Position numbers and translations under genes: made by a program. A DNA stretch of 64,000 bases from a virus (taxonomy: Duplodnaviria; Caudoviricetes), in the IMG/VR virus record IMGVR_UViG_3300035501_000350, positions 1 through 64,000 of that record; one strand, given 5' to 3'. Below, piece by piece: positions 21,381 to 30,051 of the stretch; within the stretch, counting starts at the first letter, position 1; every line of letters starts with the position of its first letter. The notes under the pieces are model-generated. The model was not told the DNA's origin, made no database searches, and saw only the letters and a list, made by a program, of their open reading frames with translations.

Positions 21381-22133
21381 TTAACCTAATAAGAAGCGTG
21401 GACGAACGCCATAGGAATTGTTATATCCATTGTTATCGCTAGCACTTCCATTAGTATATACACAGCAGAAGTTAGTTGTACCACAGCAATCTCTTTCCCA
21501 ATATTGTTTAGCATTTCCATTATAATACCCAATCTTTAAATCAGAATTTTGTTTAAACCCAGGTAATTGATAGTTAAGCAAACCACTTATATTTTTAGAA
21601 TAAGTTTTCTTACCGAATACTTCCATTTCATTCATTAATATGGATCTTACGGATACGGTAGTAGTGCTAGTACTATTATCTGTGGATACTATCTCATTAT
21701 AAGACAATAGATGATCTCCAAATATTGCATATAAATTAGAATCTATTGTTGGTATTACTGTAGAATACATATAAGATCCTTTATATCCTGAAGTATTGGA
21801 ATTAGATTTAGTCATCTTATTTAACTTAAATATCTGATCTGGTACTATTAATACATGGTGCCTACTGGATATGCCGCTTTCAGATATACCATAATATGGA
21901 TTTATATCCATAACTCTAAAAGTAATAATAGTACTATTATATGTAGCAGTAAAGTAATCTCCTACGTATAAATCCGTAAATTTACCTGATGATATTCCAT
22001 GAGATTTGATGAATGAATCTATATTATCAACAGATACTGTACCTAAGTCGTTACCTCTATATATTTTATACACTGCTATATTAATAGTTTCTTCTGTTTT
22101 TATAGATTTTCTATATTCATGTATAACTCCCAT
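21381..22133 (-). CDS. adhesin family A (CLec-fold/DUF6273-like putative receptor-binding protein); second gene of its cassette
   Basis: YRGNDLG, DLYVGDYF, HHVLIVPD, C-terminal GVRPRFLLG shared with 6 paralogues. Confidence 0.75.
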   Translation of the reverse strand: MGVIHEYRKSIKTEETINIAVYKIYRGNDLGTVSVDNIDSFIKSHGISSGKFTDLYVGDYFTATYNSTIITFRVMDINPYYGISESGISSRHHVLIVPDQIFKLNKMTKSNSNTSGYKGSYMYSTVIPTIDSNLYAIFGDHLLSYNEIVSTDNSTSTTTVSVRSILMNEMEVFGKKTYSKNISGLLNYQLPGFKQNSDLKIGYYNGNAKQYWERDCCGTTNFCCVYTNGSASDNNGYNNSYGVRPRFLLG

Positions 22134-22153
22134 ATTTATCTCCCCTAATATGA

Positions 22154-22711
22154 CTAACTTGCTTTTTCATAATAATAATCAGCGCCATCTATAGTTATAA
22201 TACAATAGTCTCCATACGCTGAACCTTCTATTAAAGTTCCATTTTCTGGTAGACTACCAGTAGAAGATGTTATAGACCCATAACTGGTAGAACCTTTAGA
22301 GTACGTTGTTTTGCTAATTTTACTGGATGCTAATTCTAACAGTTGATATGTTATATAATCATAACCTGTACTGCTATTTTTACCAGTATCAGTAATCTCT
22401 CCATATTGGTATACCATTGTTTCCCACATACCACCATCATAGTACCCTTCAAGCTCTTCTACACTTTTTGTTGTTTCTCCTGTTAGAGTAAGCCCTTCTG
22501 TCGATGTATAATTATACCCGGTATAAACAGTAGTTGTCTTTCCCCAATTTTTAACATAATTAAAGGTTGATTCAGATGTATGATTGGTACGTTCTGGATA
22601 TTCATATGTATATGTAGTGTTAGAGTCGCAATTATACTTATTCCATGTTACTATATCAACGGTATTAATAGTATATGATGTAGGGAAGTACCTTTCATAA
22701 ACTACACCCAT
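22154..22711 (-). CDS. adhesin family B (WNKY...YSKGST...LPE.GTLIEGS putative tail-tip protein)
   Basis: Tyr/Thr/Ser-rich with conserved termini shared by 6 paralogues; starts after site 22727-22748. Confidence 0.7.
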   Translation of the reverse strand: MGVVYERYFPTSYTINTVDIVTWNKYNCDSNTTYTYEYPERTNHTSESTFNYVKNWGKTTTVYTGYNYTSTEGLTLTGETTKSVEELEGYYDGGMWETMVYQYGEITDTGKNSSTGYDYITYQLLELASSKISKTTYSKGSTSYGSITSSTGSLPENGTLIEGSAYGDYCIITIDGADYYYEKAS

Positions 22712-22726
22712 ATAATAGCTCCTTAC

Positions 22727-22813
22727 AAATAGTTAGAAAGTCTATTAAAAAATTAATTCAGATGCCGTACTAGGGCATCTGGAGAACTTTTCTAATTAAC
22801 TATATAACTATTT
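22727..22813 (+). repeat. 87-bp spacer S1 (two outward-facing 22-bp sites around a hairpin)
   Basis: aaatagttagaaagtc...cagatgcc-gtactag-ggcatctg...tatataactattt; identical to 29265-29351. Confidence 0.95.
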
Positions 22814-22826
22814 GGAGGTACCTACT

Positions 22827-23633
22827 ATGGGAACAGTGTATGAATATAGAAATTGGAATACTGGAGATTCTGGCTCTGATTCTTCTAATAGTTATGACAC
22901 ATCTATTGCCGTTCAGCATAAAGTATATAGAGGTAATGATTTAGGCACTGTATCTGCTGATAATATAGATAGTTTTATAGAAGAGCATGGAATAACCACA
23001 GGTAAATTTACAGATTTATATGTAGGAGATTATTTTACTGCTAAATATCCTGTGTATAATGGGACATATTTATATACTGTTAACTTTATAATTATGGATA
23101 TAGACCCGTATTGGGGCATACATGAAAGTGGTATTGGCGATAAACATCATATATTAATTACTTCAAATCTTGGCTTAGATAGTTCTAAAATGACTACAAA
23201 TCCTAGTACTAGTACTAATAAAGAAGGTTATTTAACTACATATGCATTTTCAACAGTAATACCAACCATAGATACCAATTTATCTGCAATATTTGGAGAT
23301 CACCTACTATCTTATAATGAGATTGTATCTTATAATAATACAACAGGCATTTGCATGGTTTCTGTAAAATCTATATTAATGAATGAGATAGAAGTATATG
23401 GGAAAACATATTATTCTGATAATCCTAGCGGTTTACTTAATTACCAATTACCTGGGTTTGCTCAGAATTCTGATTTAATACCTTTATTTGATGATGAAGG
23501 CGCATATCCATCATGGTACTTAAGGGATAATTCAGGTTACTCTTTTTGCTATGTACTGTACGATGGTTCTGCACAAGTTAAGAATTATACAAAAAATAGT
23601 GAGCATATGCGCCCACGTTTCTTATTAGGTTAA
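22827..23633 (+). CDS. adhesin family A paralogue (start MGTVYEYRNW)
   Basis: family A motifs, ends MRPRFLLG; GGAGG RBS directly after the site. Confidence 0.75.
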   Translation: MGTVYEYRNWNTGDSGSDSSNSYDTSIAVQHKVYRGNDLGTVSADNIDSFIEEHGITTGKFTDLYVGDYFTAKYPVYNGTYLYTVNFIIMDIDPYWGIHESGIGDKHHILITSNLGLDSSKMTTNPSTSTNKEGYLTTYAFSTVIPTIDTNLSAIFGDHLLSYNEIVSYNNTTGICMVSVKSILMNEIEVYGKTYYSDNPSGLLNYQLPGFAQNSDLIPLFDDEGAYPSWYLRDNSGYSFCYVLYDGSAQVKNYTKNSEHMRPRFLLG

Positions 23634-23678
23634 ACTTACATTCATCCTCTTAGACATTTATATAATTATCTAGGGGAG

Positions 23679-24107
23679 ATGAAATGTATGTTTAAAAAGA
23701 TCGGTAAAGGTCTTATATTATTCTCTATTGGTGGGTTTCTATACATGCTTATAGAGATTATTTATAGAGGATATACTCATTGGACTATGGGCATTCTAGG
23801 TGGATTAATGTTTGTTTTAGTGGGTTGTATTAATGAGTATTTACCATGGGATATGTCTATAATACTTCAATCTATTATAGGTTCTATTATGATTACTACA
23901 GCAGAGTTTATTGCTGGTTGTATATTGAACATATGGTTAGGATTGCACATATGGGATTACTCTAATCTTCCTGGAAATATCTTAGGACAAATTTGCCCTC
24001 AATTTAGTATTGCTTGGTTAGGAATATCTGTAGTATGCATTGTATTAGATGACTATTTACGGTATTTTTTATTCGGCGAAGAAAAACCCCATTATAAATT
24101 AATATAA
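23679..24107 (+). CDS. putative ABC-transporter type IV (CmpB-like) membrane protein
   Basis: 4 TM segments; YRGYTHWTM and WDYS.LPGNILGQIC motifs, often seen near Firmicute phage tail genes; own GACA-N6-TA motif. Confidence 0.75.
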   Translation: MKCMFKKIGKGLILFSIGGFLYMLIEIIYRGYTHWTMGILGGLMFVLVGCINEYLPWDMSIILQSIIGSIMITTAEFIAGCILNIWLGLHIWDYSNLPGNILGQICPQFSIAWLGISVVCIVLDDYLRYFLFGEEKPHYKLI

Positions 24108-24148
24108 GATCCCCCAGATGGTATTGGCCATCTGGGGTCAATTAATGA

Positions 24149-24910
24149 TTATCCTAATAAGAAACGCGGGCGAACGCTAACTGAAGCATCGTCATCATCA
24201 CAGTTACTTAATCCTTCACCATCGCTATCTATAATAAAAAAAACATTGCCAAAAGAATCTCTTATGTAATAGAAATCGTCGTCAAGTTCTATTAAATTAG
24301 GATTATATTTAAATCCTAGTAACTGATGGGTAATCATACCATGCGACTCAAACCCGAAATTTTTTCCGTATAGTTCTATAATGCTCATTAATATAGATTT
24401 AACCAGTACCGTAGTAGTGTTAGCTTTATCAGGGACTTCATAAGAAGCATAATTTTTACTGTTACTAGTAGTTATTATTTCTTTATGAGATAGCAAATAA
24501 TCACCAAATATATTTTTTAGGGCGGCATCTATTTTAGGCGTAGTGGTTTTATACATATAAGTACCTGCATATCCATTACTGCTATATCCTATACGCGATG
24601 TAGTAATAGGTTTGTCTGGTACTATTAATATATGGTGCTTACCTGCAATCCCGCTGTCAGATATATCATAATATGGATCTATATCCATTATTCTAAAATT
24701 AATATTTGAACCATCATATTTAGCGGTAAAATAATCACCTACATATAAATCTGTAAAATACCCTTTAGATATACCATGCTGCTTCATGAAATCCCCTATT
24801 GTACTAGAAGTTACAGTTCCTAAATTGTTACCTCTATAGGTCATGCAGTCAGTATTAAGCAGATTATTATCTTTATTTATCTTTTGATTCTCATAGAATA
24901 TAGCTCCCAT
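24149..24910 (-). CDS. adhesin family A paralogue (start MGAIFYENQK)
   Basis: family A motifs, ends SVRPRFLLG. Confidence 0.75.
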   Translation of the reverse strand: MGAIFYENQKINKDNNLLNTDCMTYRGNNLGTVTSSTIGDFMKQHGISKGYFTDLYVGDYFTAKYDGSNINFRIMDIDPYYDISDSGIAGKHHILIVPDKPITTSRIGYSSNGYAGTYMYKTTTPKIDAALKNIFGDYLLSHKEIITTSNSKNYASYEVPDKANTTTVLVKSILMSIIELYGKNFGFESHGMITHQLLGFKYNPNLIELDDDFYYIRDSFGNVFFIIDSDGEGLSNCDDDDASVSVRPRFLLG

Positions 24911-24931
24911 ATAACTAATTATCCTATTCAC

Positions 24932-25019
24932 AAATAGTTATATAGTTAATTAGAAAAGTTCTCCAGATGCCCTAGTACGGCATCTGAATTAATTTTTTAA
25001 TAGACTTTTTAACTAATTT
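24932..25019 (-). repeat. spacer S2 (reverse orientation, 88 bp)
   Basis: reverse complement of S1 with 1 substitution and 1 insertion, both in the right-hand site. Confidence 0.95.
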
Positions 25020-25035
25020 GTAATGAGGTTTATAT

Positions 25036-25806
25036 ATGGGTGTAGTTTATGAAAGTGGCCATTTTATGGCTGGTAATAGTGCAGCATCTGGTGGCGGCAA
25101 TGCATCTACTGCTATAAATACAGAACGTATGATATATAGAGGAAATAATCTAGGCGAAGTATCTATTAGTAATATAGATACATTTATGATAAATCATGGG
25201 ATATCGGAAGGATATTTTACAGATCTATGTATAGGAGATTATTTTACTGCATCTTATAGTGGAACCACTACTACATTTAGAGTAATGGATATAGATCCAT
25301 ACTATAATATATCTGAAAGTGGTATTGCTGGCAAACACCATATACTTATTGTGCCAGATCAAATATTAACTACATCATATATGAATTCTACCAAGACCAG
25401 CAGTACAGGTTATAAAGGTTCTTATATGTTTACTACAACTATACCTTCAGTAAATAGTAATCTTAAAAGCATATTTGGTATCTACTTATTGTCCCATAAT
25501 GAAATTGTATCTACAAATGATAGTACTGGTACAGATACTGTATCTGTCACATCAATATTAATGAATGAGATTGAAGTATCTGGAGAAACAAAGTATTCTG
25601 TAGCATCTTCTGGTACTATTTCTCAATTATCTGGATTTAAACAGAATTCAAGCCTAAAAGCATGTGGGGACCGATATTGGGAGAGAGACGTTGGTAGTGG
25701 GCAATATTATTTCTGCTATATAAATGAAAATGGCTATCTCGATGGTGGTAGCACTGCCCCCGCATCCGCCTCCTATGGTGTCCGTCCACGTTTTTTGTTA
25801 GGGTAA
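25036..25806 (+). CDS. adhesin family A paralogue (start MGVVYESGHFMAGN)
   Basis: family A motifs, ends GVRPRFLLG. Confidence 0.75.
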   Translation: MGVVYESGHFMAGNSAASGGGNASTAINTERMIYRGNNLGEVSISNIDTFMINHGISEGYFTDLCIGDYFTASYSGTTTTFRVMDIDPYYNISESGIAGKHHILIVPDQILTTSYMNSTKTSSTGYKGSYMFTTTIPSVNSNLKSIFGIYLLSHNEIVSTNDSTGTDTVSVTSILMNEIEVSGETKYSVASSGTISQLSGFKQNSSLKACGDRYWERDVGSGQYYFCYINENGYLDGGSTAPASASYGVRPRFLLG

Positions 25807-25929
25807 TCTGGCCAATATTACCTATTTGGATAACTTATGGGTGGCAAGCATGGGCGCATGATAAATATATTACAACAAGACAAAAAAATAAAGGTGGGAG
25901 TGATCCCACCTTTATTTTATGCATATGCA

Positions 25930-26454
25930 TTACTTCTTTTTGCTACCAGCGATAGATAGAAGTTCTCTTGCCAGAATGTCGATAACCTCTTGAGCATCAG
26001 TCTTATCAATAGACTGGAAACTTGCGAGGATGATGCCGACCTGGTAGTCGCTAAGATGCCGCCCGTCTTTGAGCTTGAGGTTTTCCAGACGGTTCTTAGT
26101 GGATAGTCTACCCTGCTCAATGCTGCCAGGCCGCAGCAGGTTGCTGTACATATCGCTATCAGCGATGATCATCCAGGTGTTAGATCCACCGGAATAGATG
26201 AGGACAACGCTGTTATCCTCTGCGATGTATTTGCCATATTTCTGTGCTTTGAACATGATGTTGTAAACTGCATCATTATCGAAGTATTCGATCAACCGCT
26301 TATACACCTCGATAGTGATAAGACCGCTAACAGAATGCATGGACCTGCGCTCTCCGGTAATCGGGTCGGTAACGATATCGATCAATCTTGTTTTGCCAGC
26401 GACAATATCGCCAATCAATTCATCATTTGTGAATACTACACCGTATTCGTCCAT
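25930..26454 (-). CDS. hypothetical early-type protein embedded in the cassette array
   Basis: AGGAGG RBS, TATAATATA motif at ~26500, visibly more GC-rich codons than its neighbours. Confidence 0.7.
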   Translation of the reverse strand: MDEYGVVFTNDELIGDIVAGKTRLIDIVTDPITGERRSMHSVSGLITIEVYKRLIEYFDNDAVYNIMFKAQKYGKYIAEDNSVVLIYSGGSNTWMIIADSDMYSNLLRPGSIEQGRLSTKNRLENLKLKDGRHLSDYQVGIILASFQSIDKTDAQEVIDILARELLSIAGSKKK

Positions 26455-26607
26455 TATTTTATACCTCCTAAGATTTATGGTTGATTTGTTTACACTTATA
26501 TATTATATCATCTTATTGATTAGATTTTACATATCGCGGTACAACTCCCAGATGGAATTAACCATCTGGGAATCATACTCGAAGGTTTTTTGGACGATAG
26601 AAGCGTG

Positions 26608-26685
26608 TGGTGGACCCTCAGGGGCTTGAACCCTGGACCTCGCAAATTATGAGTTTGGTGCTCTAACCAACTGAGCTAAGGGTCC
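26608..26685 (-). tRNA. tRNA with CAT anticodon, most likely tRNA-Ile2 (lysidine-modified, reads AUA)
   Basis: GGACCCT acceptor stem, TAGCTCAGTTGGTTAGAGC D-arm, CTCATAA loop, GGTTCAAG T-loop, encoded CCA; resembles Bacillus-type Ile2 more than Met tRNAs. Confidence 0.88.
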
Positions 26686-26741
26686 TAATATCATCTACTA
26701 CATTTATGTATGACAGATGATATTTTTTTAAATAATTGTGA

Positions 26742-27254
26742 TTACTGTTTGGTGTAGTAATAATAAGTACTTTTGATTTTTATAACGCAATAGCTACCAT
26801 TTGCCGATCCTTCTATTAACGTACCTTGTTCTGGTAATTCTCCTGGTTTAGCTGTTACTGTTCCAATAGTAGAACCTTTAGAATATTTAGTTTCACTATA
26901 TACATCGCATACAAAATAATAACCAGTGTAGCAATAGTAACCATTATCTATATTATTTAATGCCCCATATAATTCTACATTTTCTCCATAATGGCCCTGA
27001 TCATAATACCCTAAAGCATCACTTCCTCTTACAGAAGTTTGCTCAGTTAAAACAAATCCATTAGTTGAATCAAATGTATACGAAGCATAAACTGTACATA
27101 CGCTATTTCCCCATAAAGTAGTATTTCCTTTACTTGACTCGTCATACCTTGGATTGTAATAAGTTTTTGTAGTGCTGGTTTTACATTTATACTTATTCCA
27201 TGTAACTAGTTTAGTTTTAATTAGTTTTTGATTCTCATAGAATATAGCCCCCAT
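26742..27254 (-). CDS. adhesin family B paralogue (start MGAIFYENQKLIKTKLVTWNKY)
   Basis: family B motifs. Confidence 0.72.
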   Translation of the reverse strand: MGAIFYENQKLIKTKLVTWNKYKCKTSTTKTYYNPRYDESSKGNTTLWGNSVCTVYASYTFDSTNGFVLTEQTSVRGSDALGYYDQGHYGENVELYGALNNIDNGYYCYTGYYFVCDVYSETKYSKGSTIGTVTAKPGELPEQGTLIEGSANGSYCVIKIKSTYYYYTKQ

Positions 27255-27277
27255 TTATAATCACTAATCCTATTCAC

Positions 27278-27364
27278 AAATAGTTATATAGTTAATTAGG
27301 AAAGTTCTCCAGATACCGTATTACGGTATCTGAATTAATTTTTTAATAGACTTTCTAACTATTT
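27278..27364 (-). repeat. 87-bp spacer S3 (reverse orientation)
   Basis: 5 differences from S1, 4 of them in the hairpin, which still pairs (cagataccgt-att-acggtatctg). Confidence 0.95.
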
Positions 27365-27380
27365 TGTAAGGAGCTATTAT

Positions 27381-27923
27381 ATGGGTGTAGTTTATGAAAA
27401 ATACTTTAACCCTACCTCATACGCTAATAATACTGCCGATGTAGTATTATGGAATAAGTATGGCTGTAATTCATCATATACTATCACTAGGTATTACGAC
27501 CCATGTACAATGCAAGGGGTATACGTTAAAAGTAGCAATTGGTTTAATGTTAGTGTAGGCACTGGGTACGGATTTTCAGAGTCTAGTGGGTATTATTTAA
27601 CAGGATCATCAAATATGAACTCTAGAACTAATGATGCAACAGGGTATTATTCAACTGATGACGAGAACGTGTATGTATTATCAATATCAGATACATCAGT
27701 TTTTAATGGCAGCACAGTATACAACTATAATATGACAGCAGTAGCTAGTTGCTCTACTGAAGGATATTACACATATTCTAAAGGTTCTACTAGTTATGGA
27801 TCCATAGCATCTTCTAGCGGTAAATTACCTGAAGATGGTACTTTAATAGAAGGCTCAGCAGATGGAGATTATTGTATTATAAATGTAAATGGAAATTATT
27901 ACTATTACGAAAAACAGAGTTAG
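27381..27923 (+). CDS. adhesin family B paralogue (start MGVVYEKYF)
   Basis: family B motifs. Confidence 0.72.
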   Translation: MGVVYEKYFNPTSYANNTADVVLWNKYGCNSSYTITRYYDPCTMQGVYVKSSNWFNVSVGTGYGFSESSGYYLTGSSNMNSRTNDATGYYSTDDENVYVLSISDTSVFNGSTVYNYNMTAVASCSTEGYYTYSKGSTSYGSIASSSGKLPEDGTLIEGSADGDYCIINVNGNYYYYEKQS

Positions 27924-27941
27924 GTATTAAGGGTGTTATAT

Positions 27942-28460
27942 ATGGGAGCTATACATGAGTACAGAAAATCTATAAAAGTTAATAAATGGGAGAAATTTAA
28001 TGTTTCTACATCAACCGCTACAAGATATAGAGAAGTTAGTAAATCTAGTGCGTACAGCACTACAACTACAGGGTCTGTTACTTATTATGATGATTATTAT
28101 GTAGACCCGATACTTGGTTTAAAGTCTGATGCAAAGCATAACGCACATGCAGGATGGATACTGGGTACTGCTAGTTCCACTATGTATTATTTTTATAAAT
28201 ACAATGGTACTAATATAATATGTACAATAAACATGGTAAGTGGAAGTAGTAATAATTATACTATTTGGCTTACTGCTATATCGTATGTTGAATCATACTC
28301 TATTACAATATATTCTAAAGGCACTACACCATACGGTAATATAATAACTAAAGTTAATAAATTGCCTGAAGAGGGTACTTTAATAGAAGGCTCAGAAGAA
28401 GATGGGTATTATGTAATAGAAATAGATGGCATATCATATTATTATGAATTAATTAAATAG
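27942..28460 (+). CDS. adhesin family B paralogue, second gene of its cassette (start MGAIHEYRKSIK)
   Basis: family B motifs; N-terminus shared with family A gene 21381-22133. Confidence 0.72.
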   Translation: MGAIHEYRKSIKVNKWEKFNVSTSTATRYREVSKSSAYSTTTTGSVTYYDDYYVDPILGLKSDAKHNAHAGWILGTASSTMYYFYKYNGTNIICTINMVSGSSNNYTIWLTAISYVESYSITIYSKGTTPYGNIITKVNKLPEEGTLIEGSEEDGYYVIEIDGISYYYELIK

Positions 28461-28510
28461 TATGAACCCAGGTGAATTAATTCACCTGGGTTGCTAATAT
28501 ATTTTAGATA

Positions 28511-29251
28511 TTATCCTAATAAAAAACGTGGGCGTACGCCCTCAGAATAGCTTGAGGTAATACTGCTGGCATCACCTGACGATTCGACCGTACAGAACAA
28601 TCCCGAGCTGCTGCAATCTCTTGTCCAATACGTTTCTCTGCATTTAATTAAACCAAAGTTCTTAAATCCAGGTAATTGATAATTTAATAAGCCACTAGTA
28701 TAATTAGCATATTTTTTCGATCCAAATATCTCTATATTGTTTAGTAATATGGATGTAACTGACACTGTATTTGTTGCTGCACCATTGCTTGTAGATACAA
28801 TTTCATTATGAGATAATAGATGATTTCCAAATATATCTTTTAAATTACTATTCACTTTACTTATAGTGCTTGTATACATATTAGAGCCTTTATAGCCAGT
28901 ACTATTAGTAGCTGAATAATTCATATATGATGAAGTAAGAATAGAATCTGGCACTATTAATATATGGTGTTTACCAGCAATACCGCTTTCAGACATGTTA
29001 TAATATGGGCTTATATCTATTACTCTAAATGTAGTAGAGTTTCCGCTATAAGATGCAGTAAAGTAATCTCCTACATATAAATCTGTAAATTTACCTGTAG
29101 CTATTTCATGTTCTTCTATAAAACTATCTATATTATCAGCAGATACAGTGCCTAAATCATTACCTCCATACGCCTTATGAATAAGAATAGCTGTATCATA
29201 ATCATTAGTTCCGCCGGTATTCCAATTTCTATATTCATACACTGTTCCCAT
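28511..29251 (-). CDS. adhesin family A paralogue (start MGTVYEYRNW)
   Basis: family A motifs, ends GVRPRFLLG. Confidence 0.75.
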   Translation of the reverse strand: MGTVYEYRNWNTGGTNDYDTAILIHKAYGGNDLGTVSADNIDSFIEEHEIATGKFTDLYVGDYFTASYSGNSTTFRVIDISPYYNMSESGIAGKHHILIVPDSILTSSYMNYSATNSTGYKGSNMYTSTISKVNSNLKDIFGNHLLSHNEIVSTSNGAATNTVSVTSILLNNIEIFGSKKYANYTSGLLNYQLPGFKNFGLIKCRETYWTRDCSSSGLFCTVESSGDASSITSSYSEGVRPRFLLG

Positions 29252-29264
29252 AGTGGGTACCTCC

Positions 29265-29351
29265 AAATAGTTAGAAAGTCTATTAAAAAATTAATTCAGA
29301 TGCCGTACTAGGGCATCTGGAGAACTTTTCTAATTAACTATATAACTATTT
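29265..29351 (+). repeat. 87-bp spacer S4
   Basis: 87/87 identical to S1. Confidence 0.95.
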
Positions 29352-29373
29352 GTGAATAGGATTAGTGATATAA

Positions 29374-29997
29374 ATGGGGGCTATATTCTATGAGAATCAA
29401 AAACTAATTAAAACCAAACTAGTAACATGGAATAAGTATAGTATAAAATCTACATATAAATGGGATAAATATAGCTGTAATTCATCATACCATATCACTA
29501 GGTATTACAATCCAATCACTAAATCAAGCACTAGTACATTTGGTACTTTCGCAAGTACAGGCACTGCATATTCGGATTATGGGTTTTCTGAATCTAAAGG
29601 ATTTTATGGAACTGGTAGCACAATAAACTCAGCATATAATGATGCAACTGGGTATTATTATTTCTATGATAGTAATGATTATGTATATACAATGGTGGTA
29701 CAAGGTTCAGCTCTTTTGGCCAATGGGATGACGTATTACCAATATTCACTGGCTACAGTAGCCGCATGCTCTACTGAAGGAACTTATACATATTCTAAGG
29801 GATCTACAAGTTATGGTACTGTTACATCTACTAGTAGAAATACTTATCCCGATAATGATAAATCTGGAGATTATTGGTACATTTATAAATCTGAAACTAA
29901 ATCTAAAGGAACTCTTATAGAAACAGTAAAGGCAAAAGAAGGAACTTACCCTAGCAATGGTATTCAGGGTGATTATTATTACGTTCTAGTTTCTTAA
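29374..29997 (+). CDS. adhesin family B paralogue with nested duplicated motifs
   Basis: WNKY..WDKY at the N-terminus and two SKG...YP.N...GDY.Y units at the C-terminus. Confidence 0.72.
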   Translation: MGAIFYENQKLIKTKLVTWNKYSIKSTYKWDKYSCNSSYHITRYYNPITKSSTSTFGTFASTGTAYSDYGFSESKGFYGTGSTINSAYNDATGYYYFYDSNDYVYTMVVQGSALLANGMTYYQYSLATVAACSTEGTYTYSKGSTSYGTVTSTSRNTYPDNDKSGDYWYIYKSETKSKGTLIETVKAKEGTYPSNGIQGDYYYVLVS

Positions 29998-30051
29998 TAA
30001 CCATAAATAAATACCCTCAGGGAGTAATCCCTGAGGGTATAATTATTGTTT

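Noticed and set aside
26608-26685. tRNA as a prophage or island attachment site
   Set aside because: No duplicated tRNA 3' end and no integrase in the window.
22727-29351. CRISPR array from the recurring hairpin-containing repeat
   Set aside because: Repeats are 87 bp, ~2 kb apart, in mixed orientation and separated by whole genes; no cas genes.
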